64,000 nt of DNA from Lama guanicoe (taxonomy: Eukaryota): the NCBI GenBank assembly GCA_013239625.1, contig MU054400.1:4279802-4343801 (forward strand). Reading direction: 5' to 3'. Made by a program: the position numbers and the translations under genes. Of this stretch, positions 1 to 14,180 are shown piece after piece (within the stretch, counting starts at the first letter, position 1; the number at the start of each line of letters is the position of its first letter). The notes under the pieces were generated by a model that saw nothing but the letters and a program-made list of their open reading frames with translations, did no database searches and was not told where the DNA came from.

Positions 1-1849
1 GTGGAAGTGAGCATAAACAACGCTCATGGTTCCATTTATGCCTAATCCCTCAGACCGTTACTCACCAATGACCCAGCCCAGTGTTGGGGGACTAAGATGC
101 TGTCCATCTCCCGTTGCCTTGGGAGTTCTCCATGCTCTATTCTGACGGTGATAAAATTTCCACTGATAAATAGAGTGACATTTGAAGAACTGTTTAATAA
201 AAATACTCTCCTCCCCATCCTTAAAAATTAATAAGAAAATCTGGAACAGAATCAAGCAGTTCGTAAGTTGTATTGGACTCCCAAGGTCAATGTCTTTACA
301 CCCTTGGATAGAGACTGCACAATGATTTTCTTATTAACTGATAATTTGAAGTCAGATGTGACAAAGCCCCAGAAGAACAAAGCCCTCAGTACCACAGCAG
401 GATTCTTCTGAGCAAAGACCTAGAGTCTGGCCCACTTTGGCCCCTCTGAGCCACGCCCAAAGCAGACCTCCCACCAATGTCTGTTTCACTCATTTGATCA
501 ATGTCCTCTGGCTCACACAGACTTCTTGGAAAACATTGCTTTATTTAGTATTTTCTCTCTTTTTGCCTTTAGATTTGTAATATTTGCTGAGAAGCTGATT
601 GGTAACCTCATAAAATTTAGATTGATGTTTCTGGATGGAACAGCCAGCATTAAGAACGTACGGCGTGGCGTAAACAGCAAACTCTTGCACAATCTTTTCC
701 TGGATTCGTGCTTTTTTGAACTGGGTTCAAATCTAAACTGAGCAAGGCCACACAGGGCGTTAGAGCAAAAAATGTAAAGCTGGAATGCACGGAGCCCCCC
801 GATTGGGGGAGACAGACATCGGAGGAGGGAATTTTAAGGACATGCTTTTTATTTCTGGTCACCTGGCAAGCCAGTCTCAGAACACATACTGCACAAATGT
901 GCTTTGCAAGCCACACACATTGTCTAGATAGAAAAACAACTTCAAACATCACATAAGGTTTTGGAAATTAATTTTTGAATATGTCAACATACCACCAGAA
1001 AGGAAAGCAGTTGCCTACTTTTTGGACTGTTTCTGCTTGCAGATTTCTTAAATTTTGAAATAACAAAAACCCTTAATATAATGACTTGGAGACGCATCAC
1101 ATTTTTCGATGGCCTGTTGAATGCTCTGCTCCAAAGGATGAAATATGTCTCGTTTTATGGTGAGTAATCCCTGTGTGTGAGAGAGCAGAGAGCAGATGGA
1201 AGAAACACCAGGAGGAGGAGCAGAGAGGCAAAGGAAAGAGGAAGGGAGGGGAGAGAAATATTTAGACTCAGCAGATCGCTATTAGGAAATAGTAACCGAC
1301 TTTGAAACTTGTAGTCGCACATCTTTACTGCGGCAAATGTTAGTGCTTCCGCGTCATTTACAGCAAGTACAGTGCCACCTACACATCCAAAGTGAAAAAT
1401 ATTTAGGACAGGTTTTTCTCAGTAACAATAAATTCAGCGATTATGGTATTGCCTGTGAATTCCTATCCATTGACCCAGTTTGGAACGTTCCTTTGCAGGG
1501 ACTGTTGACTTTACAGATTCGGATCGCCATCATGAGTGTAGGAAGAATGGCCTCTAGTGCCAGTTGCCAGATAAGAAGCCTAGGGAACATTTTTGTTGCA
1601 AGTGAAAAAAAAAAAAGCATAAATGTATTGAACATATATGTGTCACTGACTTGGCTGTTTACACTGTGATTTTATTTTGGTGGCTTGCCCAATAGTTCAC
1701 CTTGCAAGACTAACTCCTTCATGGATTATCATCATCATCAATGAATAATTCTTACTAAACACTCACACAGTAGGTGCCATTGGTTGAAAACAGAGTGTAT
1801 GTTGCATGAAGTACTGGTCTTACGCATGCACTGTAATCCTAAATCACAC

Positions 1850-1955
1850 CTCCTATTTCACACATGAAAGTTTGGAATGCTCAGTGTCATAGAGCCGGTA
1901 AGCAAAAGAGCTGGGATTTGGAGCTAGATCTGACTCTAAAATCTGGCCTCCCTGT
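1850..1955 (-). mobile_element. MIR SINE fragment
   Basis: Degenerate MIR core: cctatttcacacatgaaag ... agagctgggatttggagctagatctgactctaaa. Confidence 0.55.
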
Positions 1956-4519
1956 GCGTGGCATGATACAAAGTGCTTACTTAGAGCAGCTGGTACTGGA
2001 AGACTAGTGTACTGGGGCCTTTAATAAGCCTTTGGTCTTAAGTCTCTAGCTTAACGTTGGCTAATTATTACAGCCGACAGCCTGAGCAGGTGGGAGGAGG
2101 GGACTGGCTTTGACATCAGCTTGTTGAGACTGGCAACCCAACCCCAACTCTGATACCATCACGGTGAAGTCAGCCTGGCACAGCCCCCGCTTGCCAACTG
2201 CCTCAGAATTGTGGTCTAGCCGCTGCCAGACACCAGAGGCTTGCCGAACTGGTGAAAAGGCTGGGCAAATGGCTTGGAAGGAAATGGTGACCGGTGAATG
2301 ATCGGTTTCCCAGGCCTGCCAAACTTTGCTTTCCAAAAGAGAATGAAGACTAAGGCATTAGCTGCCTTGGAGCCACGGTAATGACTCCAATAAGATCGCG
2401 TGTGTACAGAGTGACCCTTTTTGATTGTTTAGACAACACTGGAGAGAAATAACTCCAAAATTATTGGATGCTATTTTAAACCCCCCATTCCCAACTTTGC
2501 ATACAAGCTTCTTGGTGACTTCTTTGAGTCATCCTGATGTATGTGTGCGATGTATAAAAACATATTGAACACTCATGGCATAAAGTGTCAGGAACAACAA
2601 TGCTTTTTCCTGAATCAGTTTTGCACTCAGTGTTAGTATTAACTGAGCTAACTCTCCACCATGGCACTAGATCTGGGCCATCTGCTTGCAGATCCATTCC
2701 TTGCCTTTCTCCTACGCTGTCCTGCTCTATGTCACTGGGAGGTTTACCCCCGTGGCCCGTGTTTCTCAGGCTTCTCCATCAATTGTCTTCCAGCAGGGTG
2801 TGGCTAATGGGAGGTATGAGGTGAGAAAGCGGGGGAGGAAAGAAGAGAGAAGTCAAGATACTTTTCCCTTCCCTCTTGGCCACGGGGAGCATCTCCCACC
2901 AGAACTGTGTCTCTCCCATGTCTGCAATCACTGGGCTCCCATGATTCCCATCATTGCCCGTGACCTCAGCTTTGCATTGAGTAACACAGTGGCCTTTCTC
3001 TCTATTCCTCCAGCCTCACAAAAGGTCCCCAGGCGGCTCTTGCCAGTCTCTGGTTGCACCACCATGTTGGTTTCTGCTTCTCAGCATCTATCATCTTCAT
3101 AAGGCATTGATTCCTCTGTTTTACATACCCAGAGGGGTTTGTTTTCCTGATTAGACCCTGGCAAATATAATTCTGGCATTTTTATGTCACTCAGGAATTT
3201 CTTCATATGTGATTGATTGAATTGTCTTTGATATAAGATTTTAGTAAGATCAGGGAGGGAGGGAGGGGAATATTTCAGTTCTATCAGCATTCAGTGGGTC
3301 CCTACTATGCACAAAGCAGGTACATAGGTAACAATTTACTGACTGTCACACAGCCAGAGTCTAAAAGAGTTGAGATCTGCAAAAAGAAACTTTGGCTGGG
3401 GGGAAGGAGGAAGGCCATGGACTATAATAGACTCCATTGGTTTTCTGCCTGAATATAATAAGGAGATATTAGGAGATTGAATCACTTATTAATGTTCCGG
3501 TTGAGCAGTGTGACTATCGGGGCTTTTTCAGAAGAGGATCCTTCTTTTCACCCCCTCCACTTCTCTCTTTAAAGAAGTCTCTGAATTGACTGAATTTAGA
3601 AGAGAAAATAATAGTAAACAGTATTTTGGAAACAGTGCGGTCTAGTGGGTGCTGAAAACTTTAAAAACTGAGATGTTCTCTTTGTGAAGGAATTTGCTAA
3701 TTATCCAACAGATTTGTTTTTTCTTTTTACCCTGTATGTGTCATAGTTTCCTTAAAATTTTCTCCCTCCCTTTCTTTCTTTGGCTCTCGTTTCCTCTTGT
3801 TCTCTTTTTTTTTTTTTTTTTAAGCAGTAAAGATAGGTTCAGAAAATGTGTAAAGCTTACCTCCTTCTCCTGGAAACAAGGCTACGCCTCAGAGCCAAAG
3901 TCCTAAGGCTTTGTCTTGATGAGAAGCCTTCTTACTTTAATTACAATCTCTTCTAGAAGATTCTCTCCCAACTTAGTGACTTGTGTGTCCTGGAACTAAT
4001 TTCATTAAGTGAGTTGCAACATTGAATTGTTTGTTTGGATTTCATGACTCTACCTAAACCCCCAATCCCCTGTTAAAATAATCAGATATTGGATGATGAG
4101 TACCTATATATTTTTTTTCAGGGAATTTAAAACTAAGAATTCCTGAACAGTTCTGGGAACGATCAGAGAACAATCAAAACAATTCAAAATCTTGGCTGGG
4201 AATGGATGTCCTCATCCTTGAAAGAAAAAAAGGCCCCATGAATATAGCTCATCTTAAAGATAAGCTGGTCAGCATAATACGCAAGTTACCTGGCCATGCT
4301 GCATTCATCTTAGTAAATATTTGGAGCCACTAAGTTAATATCAGTTTTCGAAATAAGGTCAAATGTCTTTGTGTTAGTGATGTAATTCACTCATTTTTCA
4401 CAATACAATTGAAAATGAACTCTAATTTATGGATTTATTACTGATTTATTCTTAAAGTAGAGATTAACTTCTTATGTTCCCCACAGGATACATTTACATG
4501 GCGTTGAAGACATATGCCA

Positions 4520-4693
4520 TTTTGTAAATACCTTCATTTGTATTTTTTTTTTTAGATTCCACATATACGTGATATCACATGGTATTTTTCTTTCTCTTTC
4601 TGGCTTACTTCACTTAGAATGACAGTCTCCATGTCCATCTATGTTGCTGCAAATGGCTTTATTTTATTCTTTTTTATGGCTGAGTAGTATTCC

Positions 4694-4739
<46 letters not shown>

Positions 4740-4755
4740 CCACAGCTTCTTTACT
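4520..4755 (-). mobile_element. L1 3' region fragment containing a (TG)n expansion
   Basis: ttagattccacatat...ctggcttacttcacttagaatgac...gttgctgcaaatggc...ggctgagtagtattccattg is the antisense L1 ORF2-end/3' UTR pattern. Confidence 0.85.
4696..4736. repeat. (TG)20 microsatellite
   Basis: Read directly. Confidence 0.97.
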
Positions 4756-5149
4756 GGTAACTTCAAAATGACTGATAAGAATGTTCATTGTTAAAGAGTT
4801 TTTTTGACCAAAGCTATATGGTCATTTCTGTAGATGGTAGACAGGAGAGGGGAGGAGGAAGTTGTTTGGAATTAAGGGATGGCAGTAATCATGCCCTGCA
4901 TAACTCAGTGAAGTACAACCCTATTGTGAGAGAGTTTTGAAAGCTATGAGACAGCCTGATCATTATCCCTCCTCCTTAAAAGTTGAGGTGATACTGTCTG
5001 AGATTTAAAGTCTTGTCCTCATGAGATTTGTGTCTGTGTGTTCAGTTCAATGGTAGCTCCATCATGTGAAGAAGGCTAGATGGCTAGAGGGCTTTATTCT
5101 ACAAGATACATGATTCCAAAAACCCGCCATCATGGTTCCCTCCTAGTGA

Positions 5150-5820
5150 ACATACAGTGCTGGGTGGAGAAGAGGACGGACCCTGGGAGGAGACTGAGAG
5201 AAGGACTGGCTTTTCCCAAGAGATGTGTGGAGTTTCACGCCATGGAGATAAGAAGAAGAAATGGTTGAGAGAGATGTGAGCCAGGAAGTCAGGGTTATTA
5301 ACTCAAGTGTGTCCCCAAGGAGACCCTTTGTGAAGATGCATTTCTGTCCAATGATGAGTTTCCTAGAACTGTGGGAGAAAATGGATTTAGAACACAGTTG
5401 TAAGTTTTTCTCTTCCAGGATGTAATTGCCTTGCAGGTCCTCCCTCCATACCTTCGGGAAATTCTGATCGCTCCTTCAGTATGAAGTGGTGCCCAAGTGG
5501 AGAAGAGGAGACAGGAAATTGAGGGGAAGTGCGGATAGGTATCAGATCAATGTCCTGTCCCACCCATGATTCCAGAAAAGAATGGCCAACACCCTTCCAA
5601 GTGGATTATACCTGGAGTGACCATCAGTGAAGTAAACCAAGGTTCACGGAAGGATGGAGCACACAGAGCTGAGGAAGAACTTCCAAGCAGACGTCCTTAA
5701 ATACTCTGGTGAGAAGGGACTGTTAGATTGAGGACCCAGGATAAAAACAAAAGTGAGACTGAAAGAGAATCTGTTAAGAAATACATTCAGATTAGTGACC
5801 CCACCTCGTGTTTATCTCCC
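5150..5820 (+). mobile_element. Possible ancient LTR remnant (mammalian Gypsy-like LTR group)
   Basis: Purine-rich sequence loosely resembling old LTR85/LTR88/MamGypLTR-type elements; no termini or TSD seen. Confidence 0.25.
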
Positions 5821-8096
5821 AGCCGTGACCTCTCCCCCGCCTGAATGTAGATCTTGTAGGTTCACCCTCATGCTACAGTTTCAAAATGAAACTTTTCCCA
5901 AGAGTCTCTCCACTTCATAGGATGTCCTGGATATCTTGCAGGATTTTGGACTTGAATTTGAATTATTTTTAAATCCATCCAAATGCCTTTTCCCTGCTGA
6001 CAGCTCCATACTGCTCACTCATATGAAAAGCCTCACCAAGAGAATAAATTATTTCTTCCCTTGTCAGTGGTAATTTGTGCTCACTAAATTACCTCCAGAT
6101 CTACCTTCCTGAGTCAAAAATAACCTCAGAGATTTTTTTTTCCCCTTTCCATGTCCACCTTGGAAAGACATATAGATTTTGAAGTTAACCTCTCTCTGTG
6201 AGATACTCAGAAATAACTAAGTGAGTTTTCCTCTTCAATTGGCCAGATGTTTCATTTTAAGATGGAACAATGCATGGTTTATTTGACCCACGTTCTCATG
6301 GAAAGGCCATCGCTTTCATTTTGTTAGTCCTGTTCTGTGAGAGGTAAAAATGAAAAACATCTTTAAGAGAATTCCTTTTTTTTTTTTCTTTTCTGGGAAC
6401 AGTGCTTGGTCTCAACAGGAAACCACATTTTAAAAGGACATGTGAAGTTATTATTGATGGTGCCCCAGGATCTGATCAAACGCTTCAAGCCACGGCCGTG
6501 ACAGTCGGGTTTTACTACACTGTTCTTCGTAACTGTTGCGGGAGATTTAAATGTCTTAGCGTGTCAAGATCTGTTTCTGGCCAAGGCATCTATTTATGCT
6601 ATTTCTTTGTCACTTTAGCATTTTCTTCTAATCAAACTGGGCTAATATGCTTAGGGCGCCTTTTATTTTTGTCTTAAAGAATGCTAGTAAATGGTTAAGG
6701 GTATTTTTTTTAACAACATGGTGAGTGTTATTTCACAATGTTTCATTAGCCACAAATCCTCAAGTCACTTTTAAGAATTCCAGATGCCCTACTGTAGGTA
6801 TTTTTGCAGCTGTTTTGTGGGAAATCATGAATGTGCAACTCTCTTTGACAAAAAAAAAAAAACATATCTCATTCCTGCAAGGATCGGCCTCTTTTACTGT
6901 GTAATTTATAATAATCAAAAGGGCAACCTAAAGACAACTGTGTACTGTATAAATTCTCTCCATCCACCTGAAGTTGAGATAGTTACAATATCTTCTAATT
7001 TGTAAGATACTTTGATTTTACACTGAAAGAAGTCTTTCCTTTGAATTGGTTATGAAACGCTCTAAAGTTCCATTTTTTTCTTCCTGCTATTTGCATGACA
7101 AAATTGGGCCTAAAGAAATTGTATCTGCATCCAATGATTTTTTTTTTGCAGTGCATTTTATTGTTCTTTGTGATTAGATTTATGAGTTGAATTCATTCAT
7201 TCTTTTACCCGTTAGGGTAAAACATGTTGAATCTAATTGTCAGTAACTATTGACTCTTCTTAAGATTACATATATTTCCTTTCCTAGAATAAAATTCAAA
7301 TTTTGAAAGTCATCAGAATATTACAGATATTTTTTCACCGATATGATCTTAACACCTCAAGAGTATTTTGAAGCACAGTTGTAATTTGTGAAGGAAGGAA
7401 GAAAGGAAGGAAAAAAGAGAAAAAAATTTTCCTTTCATCATTTCCAGTGTCACACAAGCTATAATGTTCACTAACTGACAATATTTCATATCTGAGTTGT
7501 TATCTTCCTGGTGATCATTTCTTTCGAACAAAATGAACAGGAAATGTTGAAATTGGAATTTAGGACTCAATGACCTTACTGGAATTCACGTTGCTGAGAT
7601 TTTGGCTATGACGTCAAAGACTCCATTGGTAGGACCTCAGACGGTCCTCAGCCTAAATCCCTGGTCTTCTAAGTAGAGAAGGAAATTGTCACACAGTGGT
7701 ACTTTTGTCTACAGGAGTCCAGGTTGGATGAAATAAGTTAATGCATTTAGTGCTTAGCACAGTCCGGCATGGAGCACGTGGACTACAACTGGGAACATCT
7801 TTCTTCACTTATGAAAAGGTGAATAATAATTACTTTATGAGAGCAGGGGCTGAGCCAAATGGCACAGAAAGATTTTGCTAGTCCATCTTTCCTTTGCCCT
7901 TCCCTACAGCCATTCTGTGAAATACAACTCACCTGTCAGCCAGGGCTTGGAGTACAGGTGAATGAAACAGGAACTCAGGCTTTGCCTACCTTGTTAAGCA
8001 AAATGAAGGCTGTGAGAAGTCAAAATGGGGTTCTTAGTGGGAAGAGAGGGAGAGAACAGACACATAGATCTTTACTGTCATTAACGCTGGAGTTCA

Positions 8097-9152
8097 GGGA
8101 CCGTGCAAGATGGCGGCGTAGGAAGAGCCTGAACTCACCTCCTCCCACCAACACACTGGATCTACAGGGACACATGGAACAGTTCCCTCTGATAAAGACC
8201 TGACGACTAGCTGGACAGCTCCTTTGCAACAAGTGATAAAAGGGCCACATTGAGATGGGAAGGAAAGGCAGAGACATAGTCTCCCCAAAATCCCCACCTC
8301 CCACACAGAGACCCACCATCGGGACAGATCTCACAGATCAGGGGCTTCTCCCTGATGAGCAAGGGCTTTGTGCCCCCACACCAGGCAGTTCCACCCTTGG
8401 GGCCTGACTGAAAAGACAGGCGCCCAAAATGCCTGGCTTTGAAAAGCAGTGGGGCTCACGTCCAGGAGACCCAGATTGCTATAGGGAACTGAGACACTGC
8501 TTTTCAAGGACTTGTGTGCAGACTCCCTTGTCCAGGGGCCCAGTGCAAAAGCAGCAGTTTGGAAAAGATCGCATGTGAAGGAGATTCATATGTCAAGCTT
8601 AAAGTGCTTGCTGGAGGGGTGGGGGCCAATTGGGTCTCTCTCTGGGAACAGAGGTGCTGGCAGTCTCTCTCTGCCTTATGAGCACCAGCAGCGCACATGG
8701 ATTTTGCCCTCTCCAGCTGCTTTGTTTAATCCAGTGGGCATGCACAGTACACACTGGGGACAGCCCTTGATTGCCTGGCTCTGGTGCCCATGGGGGCTTG
8801 TATTCCTGGGTCCCCCACGAGTGTAACAATCAGAGGAACCCCCAGGCTACCACCCCCAGGGTACTGCACAGACAGCGGACTGAAACACACCCTCAGTCCT
8901 TCTGTGTAAAGACCTATTTACTTGTCCTGGAGTTTCATCCTAAGGGGGCAGACTTCAGGTTGGCCACACATTTAGAAGGTACAAGAATGCTCCCAGAAAA
9001 CATGGACTTGCTACAGATCACTGGTACCTCCCAGAAGGGAGCTTTTACATTAGTCTGGAGTCCTGATTTTTGCAATTGTTCCCTGGGGACACCTTCAGAT
9101 TGCCTGGTCTGGCAGTCAGCAAGTTTTATCATTGCAATCCCATGGGACTCTC

Positions 9153-9197
<45 letters not shown>

Positions 9198-11390
9198 TTG
9201 CATACTTTAAAAGCAGCTGTCTGAAGGTCTAGCTTCCAATCAGCCTAAAACTTGGTACTGACTGAAGTGCATCCCTATAGAACACTAACAAGTCTTGGCA
9301 TACCCTCAACAATTAGGGTCAGTCAAGAATAAATAAGGCTACTTGACAATCACAAAGGTTCAAGAGACAAGAGCTAGGGCAAGGCTGAATGATAAAGTTC
9401 ATTTCCTACACAAGGTCAACAAGAAATCAAAGGAGGAATAAAGAACATTTTGAGACACATGAAAACATAAATACAGCATGCCAAAAATAGATGGGATGCA
9501 GCAGAAGCAGTTCTAAGTGAGTTCAGAGCAATAATGGCCCACCTCAAGAAATGAGAAAAATCTGAAATAAACAATGTACCTCAAGAAACTAAAAAAAGAA
9601 GAACAAACAAAGCCCAAATTAGTAGAAGGAAGAAATAACAAAGATCGGAGTAAAAATGATTAAAATAGAGACTAAAAAGACAATAGAAAAGATCAATGAA
9701 ACTAAGAGATGGTTCTTTGAAAACATAAAATTGACAAAACATTAGCTAGACTTACCAAGAAAAAAAGAAAGAGGGCTCAGATAAATAAAATCAGATATGA
9801 AAGAGAAGAAATTACAAATGACCCCACAGAAATACAAAGGATCATAAGAGACTACCGTAAACAATTATATGGCAACAAATTGAACAACCTAGAAGAAGAC
9901 CAGGATGGCTACTGTCATCACTTTTTTTCAACATAGTACTGGAAGTCCTAGCCAGAGCAATTAGGCAAGAAAAAGAAAAAGCATCAAAATTGGAGAGGAA
10001 GAAGTAAAGCTGTCACCTTTTGTGGACGACATGAGTTTATATATGAAAAATCCTAAACACTTCACCAAAACACTGTTAGAACTAATAAACAAAATCATTG
10101 ACATAAATTGCAGCAATATTTTTTGAACCAGCTCCTAGAGTAATGGAAATACATGCAAAAATAAACAAATGAGATCTAATTAAACTCAAAGGCTTTTGCA
10201 CAGCAAGGGAAACCATAAACAAAATGAGAAGACAACCCACAGAATAGCAGAAAATATTTGCAAATGATGCAACCAACCTACAAGGGACTAGTTTCCAAAA
10301 TACACAAACATGTCATACAGCTTAATAAAAAAAAAAAAAACTCAATCAAAAAATGAGCAGAAAACCTAAATAGATATTTCTCCAAAGAAGATATCCAGAT
10401 GGCCAACAGGCACATGAAAACATGCTCAATTTTGCTGATTATTAGAGAAATTCAAATCAAAACTACAATAAGGTATCACCTCACACCCGTCAGAATGGCC
10501 ATCATTTAAAAATCTACAAATAATATATACTGGAGACAGTGTGGAGAAAAGGGAACCCTCTTACACTGTTGGTGGGGATGTAAATTGGTGCAGCCACTAT
10601 GGAGAACAGTATGGAGGTTCCTTAAAAAACTAAAAATAAAGATGCCATATGACCCAGCAATCCCACACCCGGGCATATATCTGGAGAAAATTCTAATTTG
10701 AAAAGACACATGCACCCCAATGTTCATAGAAGCACTGTTTACAATAGCCAAGACATGGAAACGACCTAAATGTCCATCAACAGATGACTGGGTAAAGAAG
10801 ATCTGGTTCATTTGTGTGTGTGTGTGTATGTGTGTGTAAGACACACACAGTGGAGTACTATTTAGCCATGAAAAATGAAATCTCCACATATGTATGGATG
10901 AACCTAGAGGGTACTATGCTGAGGGAAACAAATCAGACAGAAAAAGACAAATACCATATGATTTCACTTATATGCAAAATTTAAAATATAAAACAAACAA
11001 AATAAAACAAAGCCAGACTTAAAGATACAGAGAACAGATTGTTTTTTGCCAGAGGGACGAGTGTTGTAGGAGGAATGAAATGAGTAAAGGAGGTCAAGTG
11101 GTATAAACTCCCAATTATAAAATAAATAAATCATGGGGATGTAATGTACAGCATGGTGACTACAGTTAACAATATTGCAGTGCATATTTGAAAGTTACCA
11201 AAAGAATCCATCTTCAAAGTTCTTGTTACACACACACTCACACAAAAAATTGTAACTTTGTATGATGACAGATGACAACTAGACTTTTTGTGATCATTTC
11301 ACAGTGTATACAAATTCTGAATCATTTACATTGTGTGCCTGAAACTAATATAATGTTACATGTCAATAATACTTCAAATTAAAAAAGAAA
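8097..11390 (+). mobile_element. LINE-1 with both ends present and three large internal deletions (L1MA9-like 3' UTR)
   Basis: 5' UTR start (caagatggcggcgtaggaagagcctgaactcacctcctccca); ORF2 pieces including the [17 protein letters not shown] stretch and a degenerate RT motif F-V-D-D-M at 10019-10033; 3' UTR and A-tail at ~11381-11390; degenerate TSD aacgctggagttca (8083-8096) / aacgtggagtca (11391-11402). Confidence 0.92.
9153..9197. repeat. (TAGA)11 microsatellite inside the L1 5' UTR
   Basis: Read directly. Confidence 0.97.
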
Positions 11391-13436
11391 AACGTGGAGT
11401 CAAACATCATTAAGTGGGGTGAAAGATGGGTTGAAAAGTAAAAATAAAAATTTAAGGTATGTAATTTTACTTCTCTCAGGTACATATAATAACTTTAAAC
11501 TATGTTAATAAGGGACTTCCTAGCAGGGAAAATTGAAATGCCTGGTTTAATAAAGCAAATGTATAAATTTGTTATTAGAATTTAGGATGTTCATAATTCA
11601 TTTGCAGTGATTGCGAATAGCTTGTTTTCTTAACTGGTTTCAAAAAGCCTCTGAAAGATTTTTTTATATTGTTAATTTATTCAGCTCACTTCTCCTCCCT
11701 GGACTGTGGAACTCTAAACTTCAGTACAGCTGCTGCTCAAATGTTCACCGATTCCCCAGTGAAATCCACACTGATGGCACCGCTGTACAGAATTTGGGGG
11801 TAAAGGACTTTGGCCACATCATTTGCAAACTATTCACAGGCGTGGAAGATAAAATAGCTTCTTAATCAGTCGAGACTCTTGGGAAATACTTTCAAAGGAT
11901 CTCTCTCTCTTTTCCTCTTGAAATATGGAGCGTCACAAAACACATGTGCTTACAGAGCTTAGCTACATGGCTAAGAATGTTTTTTAAAATTGAAAAAAGA
12001 TTAGAGAAAAGAAAAATCCTTTTGTTAAAGAGAATCTCCACCAATTTAAGGAGAATAATATGTCAGTATCCAAGAGCCTACCATAGCCTACCAGGAGTTA
12101 CAGGATGTGACATTTGAGTAATTAATGGAAAGTCTTTGCAAGTTCAGTAATTACCCCTTTCCAGAAAAGCAAAGGGAAGGTCCAGATTCCATGTCCCAAT
12201 CTGGCTCCATCCCGTGCATTCAGACCATTTCGCTGAGGCCTCTGACTGCATCCCAGTGATACGACCCACACAATGGTCACAGTCACCAATGCAATGCTGG
12301 CGCCAGCAAGCTTTAGTTTGTTAGGGAAAATATACTACTTTCCGTGTATGTTTAAATAATACAGTCACATAATATTAAAAAAACAGAAGCTCTGAGTGTG
12401 TAATCTGATTCTCTGCCTTTGCAAAATAGGCAGAGGTCCAAATATTTCTCTCTGCTAGAAGACTTTAAAACGTATTTCCAGGGGTGACTTGGCTGGAGAG
12501 GCTACGGCTTGGGATTGGTGAGCTAAAAAGTTTGATCTGGGGGCCATCTGCATTTCTGAGAACCAAAAGGGCTCTCGGGGATCCGAGCTGAGATCCAGAA
12601 GGAAGGCAGGGTCTGCAACAGAAATTTCCAAGTTAAGGCTGGGTGCTTGTGGGTGGTGGCAGGAGTCGGGGGCAGGTGGGGGGGCGGGGTGCAGTGGGAT
12701 TAGTGAAGATTGGACACATTATTTTTGGAGTTTTAGACATAGGTTGTGGAACCAAGAGAAGCCATGCAAGGCTCACTGTAAATCTGGACTCCAGACTTCT
12801 TTGTGGGCGGAGTTTATCTCTAGAATACTGGAGATAATACACTGGCTGGAAGCTCTATCTCAGTGGTAGAGGCCAGTCACATCCCAGTGGGCTCAACAGG
12901 CAGAACTCCCACTCCAGCAGACATGTTAGGTAATCTTCCAGATCCTCCCCCAGTGCTCCCAGCAAAATGTACGTGCCTTCACTCCCTGGATCCAGCTATC
13001 TGGGTTCCTACAGTAGTTGCTCTATCTGACTTGGTTCTCCTCTGAGTTTGGTGGGTTGGACTCGGCACTCTCTCCTGATTGTCAGATTTCCCAGTGTAGA
13101 TCCCAGTCTGAAAGTCTCCTCTGGTGGAGCCTGCTCCCAGCTCTCCCTCAGATGGGTTTTGGACATCTCTTTGGCAGAAGTAAATGACTTCTCCCAAGCC
13201 TTATGCAACAAGAGACAAAGATGACTAACACCTGTCCCCTCCCCGAATCGACTGCTTCAGATCAGACACTGACAAGGGGGTGGGGCTAACGCTGTGAGTT
13301 GCACACCAGGCGTGCAGGATGAGGGGAACGGGTAACAGCTGCTCTGTGGCTGGGATGAGGGAGGGAGCACTTCCCTTTGGCAAGACCAAGTATGCGATGG
13401 TTATGAAAGGATTTTAAGGAAGCTGCAAATGGCGTT

Positions 13437-13983
13437 TGTATTAGTTATTCATTGCTGCCATAACAAATTACCATAAACTTAGTGGCTTAAAAAACATAAA
13501 TTTACTATCTTCTGCTTCTATAGGTCAGAAGCCTGACATTGGTCTCACTGGACTAAAATCAAGGGTTTAGCAGGACTGTGTTCCTTCTGGAGGCTTTGGA
13601 GGAGAATCCACTTTCAAGTTCATTTGGGTAATTGATAGAATTCAGTACCATGTGGTTCTGACCCATTGGCTGGGCCATCTTTAGTTCATCATGGCGTCTT
13701 GCATATGGTCCATTCCTTGCCCATGGCCCCCACATCTCAGAACCAGAAATGGCATGAATCATCTCATGCTGCACATCTCTTCTTCCTCTGGTCCTTCTGC
13801 TCCATCTTTCTGCCCTCTACTCTGCTCTTAAGGGCCTGTGTGATTACATTGGGCTTACCTGGGTAACCCAGGACACTCTCTGTATCTTAAAGGTCAGCTG
13901 AGTATCAACTTTAATTGCATAACATAATCACAGGCATAACCCAAGGGATGGAGGTCATGGGGGGCAGAGCCTTACCTAGCACC
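13437..13983 (-). mobile_element. ERVL-MaLR solo LTR (MLT1E-like)
   Basis: Starts tgtattagttattcattgctgccataacaaattaccataaacttagtggcttaaa, the typical antisense MLT1 end; also gattacattgggcttacctgggtaacccagg. Confidence 0.88.
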
Positions 13984-14039
13984 ATGTTTCTGTGATGTTA
14001 AGCATTGAAGGGAACAGCATGGAGCAGAATTCAAATCAT

Positions 14040-14180
14040 GTCTATGTTAAGCACCCATGAGGTGCTACGTATGACCCAAGTTTGGAGACAAGAGGTGAAC
14101 CAGCATCCATTTCTTCCTCAAAGTCTCTCCTAGACGGGAAGACAGGCTTCTTTTCAAGCAATTACGATACAATAAGCTAT
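14040..14180 (-). mobile_element. L2 3' fragment
   Basis: Degenerate match: ttaagcacccat...ggagacaagaggtgaac...cttcctcaaag...ctagacgggaagacag. Confidence 0.45.

Noticed and set aside
505..745. Stop-free frames on both strands, including a minus frame ending KYYKSKGKKRENTK* next to AATAAA
   Set aside because: No recognisable protein, weak acceptor context and no partner exons; a tBLASTn/PhyloCSF test would be needed.
1365..1570. Partial CTCF-like motifs on the minus strand (gtaggtggcac; gcactagaggcca)
   Set aside because: Each mismatches key consensus positions and cannot be supported without a PWM scan or ChIP.
1441..1635. Possible minus-strand terminal exon after ttccctag
   Set aside because: The polypyrimidine tract is separated from the AG, and none of the three frames resembles a protein I recognise.
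10082..11185. Minus-strand ORFs resembling database 'hypothetical proteins'
   Set aside because: They are antisense translations of L1 ORF2 and 3' UTR; the same applies to ORFs at 33-36 kb and 53-54 kb.
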